DNA of 64,000 nt from an uncultured Acidobacteriota bacterium (lineage in GTDB: Bacteria; Acidobacteriota; Terriglobia; Acidiferrales; UBA7541). Positions 17,617-27,614 of this stretch are shown piece by piece. Numbering within the stretch: position 1 is the first letter of the stretch; the number at the start of each line of letters is the position of its first letter. The DNA lies in assembly GCA_963768275.1 (NCBI GenBank), contig CAVYHH010000003.1:44810-108809 (forward strand), written 5' to 3'. The translations under genes were made by a program, and so were the position numbers. Under the pieces are notes generated by a model, which made no database searches, was not told the DNA's origin, and was given only the letters and a program-made list of their open reading frames with translations.

Positions 17617-17843
17617 TCAAATCTTGACCGCGCGTGGCGGATATTCCACTCGCATAAATTATACGCTCTGACGCTGCGCGAAGTTTCAACAAAATCCAAG
17701 CCGGTGACGTCCCTCACGGTTGCGTCGCGGCATCCGTGAGGGTCCGCTTAAACTTCGGCACGATCAAATCTTCGAGAGATTTTAGAAGATTTCCCGGTTG
17801 TTGCATGTGATTTTCACAGGTTTGGCGTCCCGCGAGCGATTCG

Positions 17844-18821
17844 TCACTGGCCGATCTGTATACTGTCCTGATAATACTGGATGTAGCGGCCCAGAATGAT
17901 CACGGCGAACCACAGGATCAAAGAACTCGCCGCGATGAGCTTGGCTGAGAGCGGCGCATCTTCGCCGGGTCCCAGGCCCTTGACTCCGCCGAAAACGCCG
18001 GTCAGATAGAACGCCGCCGCATTCACTCCCAGCAGAAGGATGGCGAGCATCTTGACCCAGAAAGCATAGTCCAGCGTGTAAAACTCCGGCATGCCGATGA
18101 ACGCCAAGAGGCCTGTCACGAGGTTGATTCCGAATCCCGCGAGCGCCCAGGGCACCAGGCGGTGCAGCGGCTCGAGTGGCAATTGCCTCGCGAATCCCAT
18201 GATGCGGAGATCGAGAGCGCCCACGGTCCCGATCAGCAGCACGAGCCCCAGGAAGTGCAGATCCATCAGGAAGGCCCACCACCACTTGTTGTACGTCATG
18301 GCCTCGGTAAACTTCCAGGGCGTCGGCTCAAAGAGGTGCACGATCATCCCCACGGTTCCCTCGGTCGGCGCCGCTTCCTGGCTGGCGCGAACCTCCGTAT
18401 GGCTGATTTCCCCGCCGGTGTTCCCGGTTCTCACCATGAGTCCCACAGCCACCGATGAAAAAATCAGCACGGCCGCCAAATTCCAGCGCGCCATGCGCGC
18501 CCGGCGATGGGTCTGCCACAGCCCGGCCAGCGCGAATGCCCCTGTGGCTTCCAGGAACCACAAAGCCAGCATCGCCGCGCCCTCGTGCCGCTGCACAAAG
18601 GCGTCGGATATACCCGGCTTATCCTTAAGCATCAGTTGCGCGCCCTTGCCACTCGCAAAAGCCGGGATGGCAATCAGAGCCATGGCCGCGAAAACGATCA
18701 GGCTGCCTCGCCGTAGAGATTCGTTCTTCCCAAAAAAAGAAATGAGAAAGAGGCCGAAGCCGATGATGCTGCCGATCACCGGGAAATGATTCAACAGGAG
18801 GTGTATGTGCACGAAGTTCAT
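17844..18821 (-). CDS. integral membrane protein; the N-half is DUF2231-like and the C-half carries the 4-TM 'DLRILG' domain (family M)
   Basis: A 325-aa ORF with N-terminal HLLLNHFPVIGSI. The C-half has HFLGLVLLIGTVGALDLRIMG, shared with the three downstream small membrane proteins. Confidence 0.7.
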   Translation of the reverse strand: MNFVHIHLLLNHFPVIGSIIGFGLFLISFFGKNESLRRGSLIVFAAMALIAIPAFASGKGAQLMLKDKPGISDAFVQRHEGAAMLALWFLEATGAFALAGLWQTHRRARMARWNLAAVLIFSSVAVGLMVRTGNTGGEISHTEVRASQEAAPTEGTVGMIVHLFEPTPWKFTEAMTYNKWWWAFLMDLHFLGLVLLIGTVGALDLRIMGFARQLPLEPLHRLVPWALAGFGINLVTGLLAFIGMPEFYTLDYAFWVKMLAILLLGVNAAAFYLTGVFGGVKGLGPGEDAPLSAKLIAASSLILWFAVIILGRYIQYYQDSIQIGQ

Positions 18822-19006
18822 AACGGTTCCATATCAGCGCCCGGGATTGGCGAACTCCGCGGATACTTTGCGTGCACCGTACCCCCTGCCCCCTCGCAAG
18901 TCAACGCGAAACCGCAAACCTTTGGCTGCAGGCGCGGTTTTCAACTTGACAAATTAGAGGGCGGGGTATAACACGCACAGGTACTCGGCGGTGCCTGAGT
19001 ACATCT

Positions 19007-19957
19007 TTGCCTAATCGCTATCTATCGGTTCTCGGTGCCTGCGCCACACTCGGCGTTGCCGTTGCCACGCTGCTGTTGATGCCCGTGTCAGGTCAACAGG
19101 CTGCGACGCCGCAGCAAACTGCGGCGAGCCAGCTTGGCCAGAGTCCCAGCCAACACGACTTGGACATCGGAAAGTTTCCTCCGTACAAACCGGCGCGCCT
19201 GCCCGACGGCCATCCGGACCTGAATGGCTACTGGCAGTCGATGGTCACCGCCGATTGGGATTTGCAAGACCATGAAGCGCAGCCCGGACCCAAGCCAGAA
19301 ATAAACGGCGTGTATGGCGCAGGGCCCGCGGGACAAAGCATCGTCGAGGGCGGTGAAATTCCTTACCGCCCGGAAGCGCTGGCGAAAAAGAAAAAGAATT
19401 TTGAAACGCGCGCGATGGTGGATGTCAGCAACGATAAGACCTGGCACAACCTGGGCGATCCGGAAATGAAATGCTACATGCCGGGAGTGCCGCGGGCGAG
19501 TTACATGCCGTATCCGTTCCGCATCGTGCAGAGCGCCGGCGCGACGTATCCCTACATGCTCATCTCCTACGAATACGCCAGCGCCACGCGCATTATCCGC
19601 ATGAACTCGAAGGAGGAGGCTCCTATCCCAGCGTGGATGGGCTGGTCGCGGGGCCGATGGGAGGGCGATACCCTGGTCGTCGACATCACCGGGTTTCGAG
19701 AGGAGACGTGGTTCGATCGCGCGGGAGACTATCACAGCGATGAGCTTCACGTGGTGGAACGCTACACGCCGGTGAGCCCCTACCACTTGATGTATGAAGC
19801 GACGATCGAGGACCCCAAGGTCTTCACCCGGCCCTGGAAGATTCGCTTTCCTCTGTATCGCCACATGGAACAGGATTTTCAGCTTTTGGAATTCAAGTGC
19901 CAGCCGTTTACGGAAGAGATGCTATACGGGCGCTTCGTCAAGCGGCCCGCTTCGTGA
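19007..19957 (+). CDS. secreted protein, paralog family S (unknown function)
   Basis: A 316-aa ORF with a TTG start and a signal peptide. Motifs are PDLNGYWQS and GRWEGDTLVVDITGFREETWFDRAGDYHSDELHVVERY. Confidence 0.7.
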   Translation: MPNRYLSVLGACATLGVAVATLLLMPVSGQQAATPQQTAASQLGQSPSQHDLDIGKFPPYKPARLPDGHPDLNGYWQSMVTADWDLQDHEAQPGPKPEINGVYGAGPAGQSIVEGGEIPYRPEALAKKKKNFETRAMVDVSNDKTWHNLGDPEMKCYMPGVPRASYMPYPFRIVQSAGATYPYMLISYEYASATRIIRMNSKEEAPIPAWMGWSRGRWEGDTLVVDITGFREETWFDRAGDYHSDELHVVERYTPVSPYHLMYEATIEDPKVFTRPWKIRFPLYRHMEQDFQLLEFKCQPFTEEMLYGRFVKRPAS

Positions 19958-19979
19958 ACCGCGGCAAGGGAGGCGTCTC

Positions 19980-21095
19980 ATGACACATCGGTCCGTCGTG
20001 ACCCTCAGCATCCCGGCGATGGTGATTGCTTTCGGATCTCTGTCGCTGCTCATGAGCCAGGCCCCGCAGACGGCCGGCAAGGCCGCAACGGAGCCGCAGA
20101 AGAAGGCCGCGACTCCACCGGCGGCTGCGTCCGGCGCGCCCTCCGCGAAAGCCAACGGGTTCCGTACTCCGTGGGGCGATCCCGATCTCCAAGGTGTGTG
20201 GAACGACGCGACCGGCACGCCGCTCCAGCGTCCGACCGGAGTCGCAGACAAAGGCGTCCTAAGCGGGGAGGAAGCCGAAGAGTTTCAGGAACAAATTGCC
20301 AATAGATTGAGCCGCGATCGCCGCGACGGCGGCACGGAAGTCGACGTCAACCGCGCCTATAACGAACACTGGATGGATTCCCGGCGGCTCAAGACGACCG
20401 CGGACCATCGCACCTCGCTCATCGTGGACCCGCCCGACGGAAGGATTCCTGCGCTCGTGCCTATTTCGGCCGAGCGTCAAAAGGAACGCGACGAGCGCGC
20501 CGCGGCCCTGGCCCGCTTCAACGCCGGCATGCCGAACACATACCTGGATTTCGAATTGCCGATACGCTGCGTCGTTCGAACCGATATGCCGCCCTACATG
20601 CCGATCATTTACAATAATGACTTTCAGATCGTGCAGAGTCCCGGCTACGTGGTCATCGCTCCGGAAATGATCCACAGCGCCCGCATCATCCCGCTCGACG
20701 CGCGCCCGCACATCGGCAAAAACCTTCGCGAGTGGCTGGGTGATTCGCGCGGCCATTGGGAGGGCAATACGCTGGTCATCGAGACCACCAATTTCAAGCA
20801 TGAAACAAATATCTTCCAGGATGCCGATCCGGCGACCTTCCGCCTCACCGAGCGCTTCACCCGCGTGGACTCCAAGACGATCAATTACGAATACACCGTG
20901 GAGGACCCGCACACCTGGACCCGGCCATGGACTGTGCGAATTCCCTGGACTCGCATTGATCCCGGCGAGCAGATGTATGAGTATGCATGCTACGAAGATA
21001 ATTACGACGTAAGCCATTTTCTGGGCGGCGCCCGCGACCGCGAAAGGCGAGGCGAGGTGGCTCAGCCGATTCCGCATCTGCCGTCCGTTCAGTAG
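19980..21095 (+). CDS. secreted protein, paralog family S (unknown function)
   Basis: The ORF track start at 19794 overlaps the previous gene. I prefer the ATG at 19980, which follows AAGGGAGG (MTHRSVVTLSIPAMVIAFGSL..). Motifs are PDLQGVWND and GHWEGNTLVIETTNF. Confidence 0.7.
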   Translation: MTHRSVVTLSIPAMVIAFGSLSLLMSQAPQTAGKAATEPQKKAATPPAAASGAPSAKANGFRTPWGDPDLQGVWNDATGTPLQRPTGVADKGVLSGEEAEEFQEQIANRLSRDRRDGGTEVDVNRAYNEHWMDSRRLKTTADHRTSLIVDPPDGRIPALVPISAERQKERDERAAALARFNAGMPNTYLDFELPIRCVVRTDMPPYMPIIYNNDFQIVQSPGYVVIAPEMIHSARIIPLDARPHIGKNLREWLGDSRGHWEGNTLVIETTNFKHETNIFQDADPATFRLTERFTRVDSKTINYEYTVEDPHTWTRPWTVRIPWTRIDPGEQMYEYACYEDNYDVSHFLGGARDRERRGEVAQPIPHLPSVQ

Positions 21096-21142
21096 GGGAG
21101 ACAAAGTCCGCGCACTATATCCGCTAGCACGGGAGGACTGGA

Positions 21143-21583
21143 ATGAAATTGATTGGAAGGAAGTCGAGTGTTGGCGCCGTCGTCGCGGCCGCCTTGATGC
21201 TGCCTGGGATTGGAATGATCGCGCCGGCGTCCGCGCACCACGCCTTCGCGGCGGAATATGACGCCAAGAAGCACGTGATTCTGAAAGGCACCGTCACGAA
21301 GATGGAGTGGATCAACCCCCATGCGTGGATCCACATCGACGTGAAGAAGCCCGACGGCACGACGGAAGAGTGGATGATCGAGTTCGGCACGCCGAACACT
21401 CTTCTGCGGCGCGGCTTCACCCGCGATTCCCTGAAGCCCGGTACGGAAATTACAGTGGACGGTTATCAGGCCAAGGACAGCGCCTTGCGTGCGAATGGCC
21501 GCGACGTCACGCTGCCGGACGGGAAAAAGCTCTTTGCCGGTTCGCCAGTGGCCGACGCTCCCTATAAAGATCCGGGCAAGTAA
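21143..21583 (+). CDS. secreted protein, paralog family A; mature N-terminus His-His
   Basis: A 146-aa ORF with GGAGGA upstream. The signal peptide ends ..APASA|HHAFAAEYD, followed by MEWINPHAWI. Confidence 0.75.
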   Translation: MKLIGRKSSVGAVVAAALMLPGIGMIAPASAHHAFAAEYDAKKHVILKGTVTKMEWINPHAWIHIDVKKPDGTTEEWMIEFGTPNTLLRRGFTRDSLKPGTEITVDGYQAKDSALRANGRDVTLPDGKKLFAGSPVADAPYKDPGK

Positions 21584-21700
21584 CCCGGCGATTCGCCGCT
21601 CTGCGGATCTCGATATTTCCTTTCGGCGTGTCTGGGGACACCTCACGGGACTGGGCGGCTTGTGTTTTCCCGCGAATAAAGGAAAGGTCAGGGCACCCTA

Positions 21701-22222
21701 TTGGCCGTACCCCTGTTCTTGCGTTCTCTGGAAGAAACCAGTTTCAGCACGTGGCTCCGCGAATCGAACTCCATTTTTGCGTTCTATTTCGTTCTCCTCT
21801 TTCACACCTTCGGCCTCGCCTTGCTCGTCGGCGCGAATACCGTCGTGGACTTGCGCATCCTCGGCGTCGCCGCCAGCCTGCCGCTCGCGCCGCTGAAACG
21901 CTTCTTCTCCATCATGTGGCTGGGATTCACGCTGAACGTGATCACCGGCATTTTGCTGGTGATCGCCTACCCCACGAAGGCACTCACGAACCCGGTCTTT
22001 TACCTAAAGCTGGCGCTCATCGCGCTCGCCGTGATCGTGATGCAGAAAACCTACACGCAGGTTTTCGGCGACGCCGGTCTAAGTGAAGCGTTGATGGAGG
22101 CCAAAGGCAGGGCGCTGGCGAAATGGTCCCTCGTTTTGTGGATCGCTGCCATCACTGCGGGGCGCTTGCTGGCCTACACTTATAGTTACCTGCTCTACAG
22201 CCACGTTCCCACCGCGCGCTGA
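21701..22222 (+). CDS. 4-TM membrane protein, family M
   Basis: A 173-aa ORF with a TTG start. Motif HTFGLALLVGANTVVDLRILG. Confidence 0.65.
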   Translation: MAVPLFLRSLEETSFSTWLRESNSIFAFYFVLLFHTFGLALLVGANTVVDLRILGVAASLPLAPLKRFFSIMWLGFTLNVITGILLVIAYPTKALTNPVFYLKLALIALAVIVMQKTYTQVFGDAGLSEALMEAKGRALAKWSLVLWIAAITAGRLLAYTYSYLLYSHVPTAR

Positions 22223-22234
22223 CTCCCCGCCGCT

Positions 22235-22720
22235 TTAGTAGTTCGGAATCCATACCGCCGCTGTGGCCACCGACACCCACAGCGTGATTTCCATCAGGCC
22301 GGCGAGCTTGGCCACCGAAGGCGTTTCCGGCGTCAGGCCCCAGGTGCGCGACTTTCGTTGCACGAATATGTGCCAGGCCAAAGCCAGCGGCAACAGCACA
22401 CCCAGCTTCAGGCGGAACGCCGGATTGTCGATGTACCCCACCGCTGCCGTGGCGAAAAGTGTAAATCCACCGAGGACCGCGATTCCCAAGCCGATCCAGT
22501 TCCACGCGAACAGAGCGTCCGACAATTGCGCGGCCGTCTGAAATCTCTTCCCCGCGCCGAGCAGCCGGAAATCGAGCGCCAGCGTCGTCCCGAGCCAAAG
22601 GGAGAGGCCCGTAAAGTGGGTCCACTGGATGAAGGGATACGCGTACCGCGCCGTGACCAGCCACACCACCAGCCGAATGTTTTGCAGTTGATCACAAATG
22701 CCGACGAGCCAAGTGTGCAT
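22235..22720 (-). CDS. 4-TM membrane protein, family M
   Basis: A 161-aa ORF. Motif HFTGLSLWLGTTLALDFRLLG. Confidence 0.7.
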   Translation of the reverse strand: MHTWLVGICDQLQNIRLVVWLVTARYAYPFIQWTHFTGLSLWLGTTLALDFRLLGAGKRFQTAAQLSDALFAWNWIGLGIAVLGGFTLFATAAVGYIDNPAFRLKLGVLLPLALAWHIFVQRKSRTWGLTPETPSVAKLAGLMEITLWVSVATAAVWIPNY

Positions 22721-22732
22721 GAGCAGGAACCA

Positions 22733-23215
22733 CTAGACCGGTATGAACGCAGGGACTTCAAGCCCTGCGAGGATCGCTCCTATCCACAGGGCCAGCGAAA
22801 CGAACGCCAGCCATTTCGCGGCAGCGGGCACAGACGGGGCAAGGCCCCAGACGAGCGATTTCCGCTGCACGATCACGCCAAAAATAAATGCCAGCAACAC
22901 GATTCCCATCTTGATGCGAAAAACCGCCGTGGGATAAAACGTCGTGGCCTGCCCAGCGAACATGATGAGCCCCGACACGATCACCATACCCAGCCCGGTC
23001 CACGCAAAGGGAAAGAGCTGCCCGGCGAGCGGCGCAAGCTTCTGGTTCCGCGCGGCTGCGCCGAGAATGCGCAGGTCAACGACCGCTGTGGTTCCGACCA
23101 ACAGGAAAAAGCCGATGTAATGGACCAGCCAGACCAGGGAGATCAGGACCGCCGAATTGGTGATGGTGACAATCCAAGGGATTTGCTCGAGCCATTCACA
23201 AAGGCGCGGCATCAA
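22733..23215 (-). CDS. 4-TM membrane protein, family M
   Basis: A 160-aa ORF. Motif HYIGFFLLVGTTAVVDLRILG. A 12-nt gap separates it from the next family-M gene. Confidence 0.7.
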   Translation of the reverse strand: MMPRLCEWLEQIPWIVTITNSAVLISLVWLVHYIGFFLLVGTTAVVDLRILGAAARNQKLAPLAGQLFPFAWTGLGMVIVSGLIMFAGQATTFYPTAVFRIKMGIVLLAFIFGVIVQRKSLVWGLAPSVPAAAKWLAFVSLALWIGAILAGLEVPAFIPV

Positions 23216-23618
23216 TGGCAGCCTATTTGGAACCGCATGATGGACGCAAGACCCGGCGCTCGATATTTCGTCTTGGCGTAAGGGAGAATTTCGTCAAAGC
23301 TAAAATGAAGATTTTTCTGGGGAATCGATACAAACTCTGCGGCATTGAGACGGACAAGCATGGCAAACCTCGAATTCCGGATACCTGCCGATGAGGCGAG
23401 TCCTCACGAACCCACTAAGGCACCGGGTCACGATAGAAAAACAAAGATCAGGGGACCACTCGATTGTAACGACTTCTTCCATATCCAATCAACTTTCTTC
23501 CCCCAATTCTGCACAGCTCGGTCAGTCCGGATATGTGGGAACTGCTTTGCCATGTCTTCGAAGACACCACCGGACCTTGAATATTGAGAGTACTGCCGGA
23601 GTCTGTTACGTTGTCCTC

Positions 23619-23990
23619 ATGGCGATCCTACCCCCGGATGAACTGGACATGCGGAATCGTCGGCGCAGCAAACGTGTCCAGCACAAGACTTCGGTCATGG
23701 TTCGATTCCAGGACGCCAACATGCAATCCATCTCAGAAAAAACACACACCATAGTTGTGAACGACCATGGAGCGTTGATACTTCTCGCAGCTACAGTAAA
23801 GACCCAGCAAATTATCCGCCTTGAGCACCTGGGCTTAGGCGAGGAACTCCTCTGCCGAGTCGCCAGTCTGGGCCCAACCTTGATGGGCAAGACGCAGGTC
23901 GCAGTCGAATTTATTATCCCGAAGCCGGGATTTTGGGGCCCCCTCCCAAAATCTAAGACTTCGGAATTGAGCCGCAGTCTGAAAAAGTGA
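23619..23990 (+). CDS. PilZ-like small protein
   Basis: I prefer the ATG at 23619 within ORF 23391..23990 (MAILPPDELDMRNRRRSKRVQHKTSVMVRF..). It has an RxxxR-type motif (RRRSKR). The second PilZ motif is not canonical. Confidence 0.5.
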   Translation: MAILPPDELDMRNRRRSKRVQHKTSVMVRFQDANMQSISEKTHTIVVNDHGALILLAATVKTQQIIRLEHLGLGEELLCRVASLGPTLMGKTQVAVEFIIPKPGFWGPLPKSKTSELSRSLKK

Positions 23991-24059
23991 CGCATCGAGG
24001 GCTGGAAACCATCTCCGTACGATTTCTCTTTACAATAATGATATGGTAAACTTTGAGAC

Positions 24060-24758
24060 GTGGATATAACTCCCGAAACTTTCGTCGCCGAATTTTCTGT
24101 TCCCATACTGCTCACACTCCTGGTTGGCGTCCAGTTGCTGGTTGGGGCGACCGGCAAGTTTTGGGATACGGCGGAAGACCTTTCGTACTTGCCGGCAGGC
24201 ACAAGACTCAAATACTTTGTCATCGCCACAGCCGTCATCTGGTCGGTTTCTCTCCTTATGCTCGCCCGCGAAGGTGGGAATGAGAATGCCGCCCCACGGG
24301 TTATTCGGAGTGGCGCCGCCGGTCCTAATCCGGAACCAGCACCGCCCCCGCAATATAAGGTTCACGGACACGTAAATGATTTCGCCGGGATTCTGAATTC
24401 CCAGGTGCGGTCAGAACTCAATCAGATTGGCAATCAACTGGAGAGAAAAAGGAAAACGCAGATCGCATTTGTGACGGTTACCTCGCTAAATGATGTTCCG
24501 ATTGATGATGTTGTGTCTCAGTTGACGAACAGCTGGGGTGTGGGACGCAAGGACAGCGATCGCGGGATTCTTGTTCTGATTTCCCTGCAAGAGAGGCGAT
24601 ATCGGATTACCGTCAGCCCGGGCCTTTCATGGGATCTGCCCCACGCGGAGGCGGATCGCCTTGGTCAGGAAATGGCACCCATGTTGGAAAAAGGAAATTA
24701 CGGAGACGCCTTGCTGCACGTGGCCACGCGAATTCGACAGGAACTTCAAATCAATTAA
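24060..24758 (+). CDS. TPM-domain (TLP18.3/Psb32/MOLO-1 phosphatase-like) membrane protein
   Basis: A 232-aa ORF with a GTG start and two N-terminal TM helices. Motifs are VNDFAGILNSQ..QIAFVTVTSLN..GILVLISLQERRYRITVSPGL. Confidence 0.75.
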   Translation: MDITPETFVAEFSVPILLTLLVGVQLLVGATGKFWDTAEDLSYLPAGTRLKYFVIATAVIWSVSLLMLAREGGNENAAPRVIRSGAAGPNPEPAPPPQYKVHGHVNDFAGILNSQVRSELNQIGNQLERKRKTQIAFVTVTSLNDVPIDDVVSQLTNSWGVGRKDSDRGILVLISLQERRYRITVSPGLSWDLPHAEADRLGQEMAPMLEKGNYGDALLHVATRIRQELQIN

Positions 24759-24809
24759 AAGCAAGAGTTTCGGACCTGCAGGGAGTAAAGCGACGCAAGG
24801 ATTCTTTTG

Positions 24810-26057
24810 TTAATTTCCGGCCTTCAGCTTCACTTCCGCCGTATCGCCCTTTAGTTCCAGCGTCGTGCCAAAGGGCTTTGACAAGTCTGCCAGGCGCTGG
24901 AGAATATAGCCCGCTCTCGCACCCGTCACCGGCGTGGGCAAGCCGCGCGTCCGGAGGAACTGGTTGTTGGTGCGCTGGTCGTGAATATCGGGCTGGCCCT
25001 CGCCCACGTTGTTCAAGGCGATCGGCCGGAACGAAATCGATTCCAGGTTCTTCCCCTGAAATTGGACGTACGCGACCGCGCTCTCCCAATTCATCGGTTC
25101 GTCGATGTAGGTTAGCGTCGGCGGCAGGTTGTAAATGAAATTGCCCAGATCGTAGAAGATGGGCCGGCCGTGATAAATCTCCACGCCGTGCAGCAGAGGC
25201 GCACCATGCATCACGATGATGTCCGCGCCCGCATCCACCTCCGCATGCGTCCACTTCTTTAGCCAATCGTTCGGGGCGAGCCGCTCCTCCATCCCTTCGG
25301 TGAAAATCGTCGAGAAGGAGTGATTCGCGAAGACGTGATTATGCTGGTACACGATCACGAGGTCTGCGTGCTGGCGTGCCTCGCGAATGCTTTGAAGGAT
25401 GCGCTGCGAATCTTCCTGATTCGGCGTGTTCCCGGGCGCGCCGGGCAGATCGTCCGTCGCCTCATTTTCTATTTCGCCGGCTTCGACGCGAAGCTCATTC
25501 ACGCCCGGCCTGCTGGCCGTGGCGCTTCCTCCCGGCGCAATCAGGCCGGACGCGCTCGCGATCAGGGCAATCGTGCCCTTCGGCGTGTGCAGATAACCCG
25601 GCGCAACGGCCTCGGCCACGTTGTTTCCAGTTCCGGCGTGAACGATCTTCCGGCTGTCCGCCTCACGGAGCGTGTTCTGAATGCCCGTCACTTTCAGATC
25701 GAATGCATGGTTGCCGGACAAGGCCAACAAGTTAAAACCGAAAGTCCTCAGCGCATCGAGCGCTTCAGGCGGCGTGATAAATCCCCGCCCCTCCTGCGCG
25801 GTCTCGCCTTTTTCTGCGATCGCGGCTTCCAGGTTGGTGAATATCACATCGCCCTTCAGCAGTCCCTGGATCACCGGCACCGCCGCCGGTACGGACTCGC
25901 GGATATCCGACCGGATCATCGACTGCCCCGCCAAGGTGATCGTGATGGGAGCCGACTGCGGCCACACGGCAGCGCCCGTCGCGCACACGATTGCGAACAG
26001 AATCGCGAAGCACGTTCCTCTCGCCAACAACCGGCCCGCCTTCCTCATTGTCGCCAT
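24810..26057 (-). CDS. CapA/PGA_cap family metallophosphoesterase-like protein, secreted
   Basis: The ORF track start is 26153. I prefer the ATG at 26057 (MATMRKAGRLLARGTCFAILFAIVCA). Motifs are ITLAGQSMIRSD, GDVIFTNLEAAI, LALSGNHAFD and VMHGAPLLHGVEIY. Confidence 0.75.
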   Translation of the reverse strand: MATMRKAGRLLARGTCFAILFAIVCATGAAVWPQSAPITITLAGQSMIRSDIRESVPAAVPVIQGLLKGDVIFTNLEAAIAEKGETAQEGRGFITPPEALDALRTFGFNLLALSGNHAFDLKVTGIQNTLREADSRKIVHAGTGNNVAEAVAPGYLHTPKGTIALIASASGLIAPGGSATASRPGVNELRVEAGEIENEATDDLPGAPGNTPNQEDSQRILQSIREARQHADLVIVYQHNHVFANHSFSTIFTEGMEERLAPNDWLKKWTHAEVDAGADIIVMHGAPLLHGVEIYHGRPIFYDLGNFIYNLPPTLTYIDEPMNWESAVAYVQFQGKNLESISFRPIALNNVGEGQPDIHDQRTNNQFLRTRGLPTPVTGARAGYILQRLADLSKPFGTTLELKGDTAEVKLKAGN

Positions 26058-26175
26058 TTGCGTTCCCCTCGCAGTTTGTATGAATGCTCGATGTATTCGT
26101 GACTCTGCCTGATTTCCACTCTTCAACCTGAACTCCGTCATTTTGCTTCTCATCTGAAGGAAACGCCATTAAGAA

Positions 26176-27294
26176 CTATTTTTTCCTCGCAGTGTAAGTC
26201 TTGGAAAAGTTGTTGCGGGCGTTGGTGACCGTGAAGGTGCCGTTGGTCTGTGCCGACACTTTGATCCAGTACGCCGTCCCATTGTGCTGGGGCGGCGGAG
26301 GCGCTCCCGGACCCGGCGCGGGAGCGGCGATCGGAGTGATCGGCATGCTGGCCGGCTGGTCATCAATCGTATTCGCGATAAACATTCCGGGAACGGTGTA
26401 CTCCTGCCCGCTCAGGAGCGAGAAATGCATCTGCCAGAGATCCTCGAGGCCTGGAGAGGAGTGAATCGTCTGCATGGATTCCGGTTCGCCGCCTTTGCGG
26501 GTCCCATTGTTCATAATGCCGACGCGCGGGTGAAGCGCGTGCACGACAACTATCGAATTCGAGCTCGCCTGTCCGTGGTGCAAACCCAAAAAGAGATCGA
26601 CCGTGCCAATGGGATTATTCGGGCACATCAGCTCGAATTCCTTGTTCTTGGTCAAATCACCCAAATGAATCGTGCGAAATTTCCCGAACGTAATGAGGCT
26701 CGCGACGGAATGCGGGTCTTCGGCATTATTTTCTCCCGGTTTGAACTCGGAACAATATGGATTCGGCTTGCCCGCTCCCGGGAGCGGCGTCTTGAGGACC
26801 TGCCCGGCGGACGCCACAATGCGCCAATCGAGGCCAGCCACCGGAATCTTGTCGCCGGGCTTCACGACCGTGTGTGTGGCCTTGGCGATTAGCGCCGGGT
26901 ATGTCTTCTGCAAAAATTCATCGGCAGCAGGGCCGGGCTGAACGTTCGGGCCATGATCGATGAACTGCTTGATCGGGATGCGGGCGGCCAGTTCCGCGAG
27001 GCCGCCAAAATGATCGCCATGCCAGTGAGTAATGATCAGGTGATCGATCTGCGTAACGCCGGCGTCTTTCAAAGCGGCCATGATGCGTTCGGCGTCGCGA
27101 ACAGCGCCGGGGGCCACATTCCCCGTATCGATGAGGACCGACTCGCCCGAGGGAGTCACAAAGAGGACCGAATTGCCGCCCTCGACATCGATAACATAGA
27201 TGTCCAATGTCGTTCTCGGCGCCCGCGTCTGAGCAACCAAAGACGCCGCGGAAACAGCGAAGGCCAGCAGAAGAATCGCGATCTTATTGCGCAT
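26176..27294 (-). CDS. secreted MBL-fold metallo-hydrolase
   Basis: A 372-aa ORF with a signal peptide. HxHxDH motif ITHWHGDHFGG, plus VIDVEGGNSVLF. Confidence 0.8.
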   Translation of the reverse strand: MRNKIAILLLAFAVSAASLVAQTRAPRTTLDIYVIDVEGGNSVLFVTPSGESVLIDTGNVAPGAVRDAERIMAALKDAGVTQIDHLIITHWHGDHFGGLAELAARIPIKQFIDHGPNVQPGPAADEFLQKTYPALIAKATHTVVKPGDKIPVAGLDWRIVASAGQVLKTPLPGAGKPNPYCSEFKPGENNAEDPHSVASLITFGKFRTIHLGDLTKNKEFELMCPNNPIGTVDLFLGLHHGQASSNSIVVVHALHPRVGIMNNGTRKGGEPESMQTIHSSPGLEDLWQMHFSLLSGQEYTVPGMFIANTIDDQPASMPITPIAAPAPGPGAPPPPQHNGTAYWIKVSAQTNGTFTVTNARNNFSKTYTARKK

Positions 27295-27575
27295 GAGAGC
27301 ACTCCGTGAGTTTTTGCCCGGAATTTTCGATTGAGCTTTCTGGCTGACGCATCGTACGCTTCTCCCGCCTTTGACACAACTGACTTACCAACAGAGCAAG
27401 CCCCAGCGAGATCAGCCGTGTTCCTACGGTTCGTTCTTCCCGACTGACGCGACCAGTTTCCCGAGCCGAGTCTCGATAAAATAGCGCTACGCTTAAATCA
27501 GCGCCCGCGAAAGACTTTGGGGTTTGAGACTCTGGCGAATAGACTGCGAGCTAATGTTGCCAAGACCCATTGTGA

Positions 27576-27598
27576 CCGCCCCGTTTCGCAGGACTTGG
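27576..27598 (+). repeat. REP-like tail with intact caggacttgg
   Basis: Sequence ccgccccgtttcgcaggacttgg. The 10-mer lies at 27589-27598. Confidence 0.6.
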
Positions 27599-27614
27599 CA
27601 CTTGGCAACAGACC

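Noticed and set aside
22358-23281. A 307-aa plus-strand ORF rich in R/E/D/P/Q.
   Set aside because: It is antisense to two family-M membrane-protein genes that have conserved paralogs. The composition is typical of a spurious frame.
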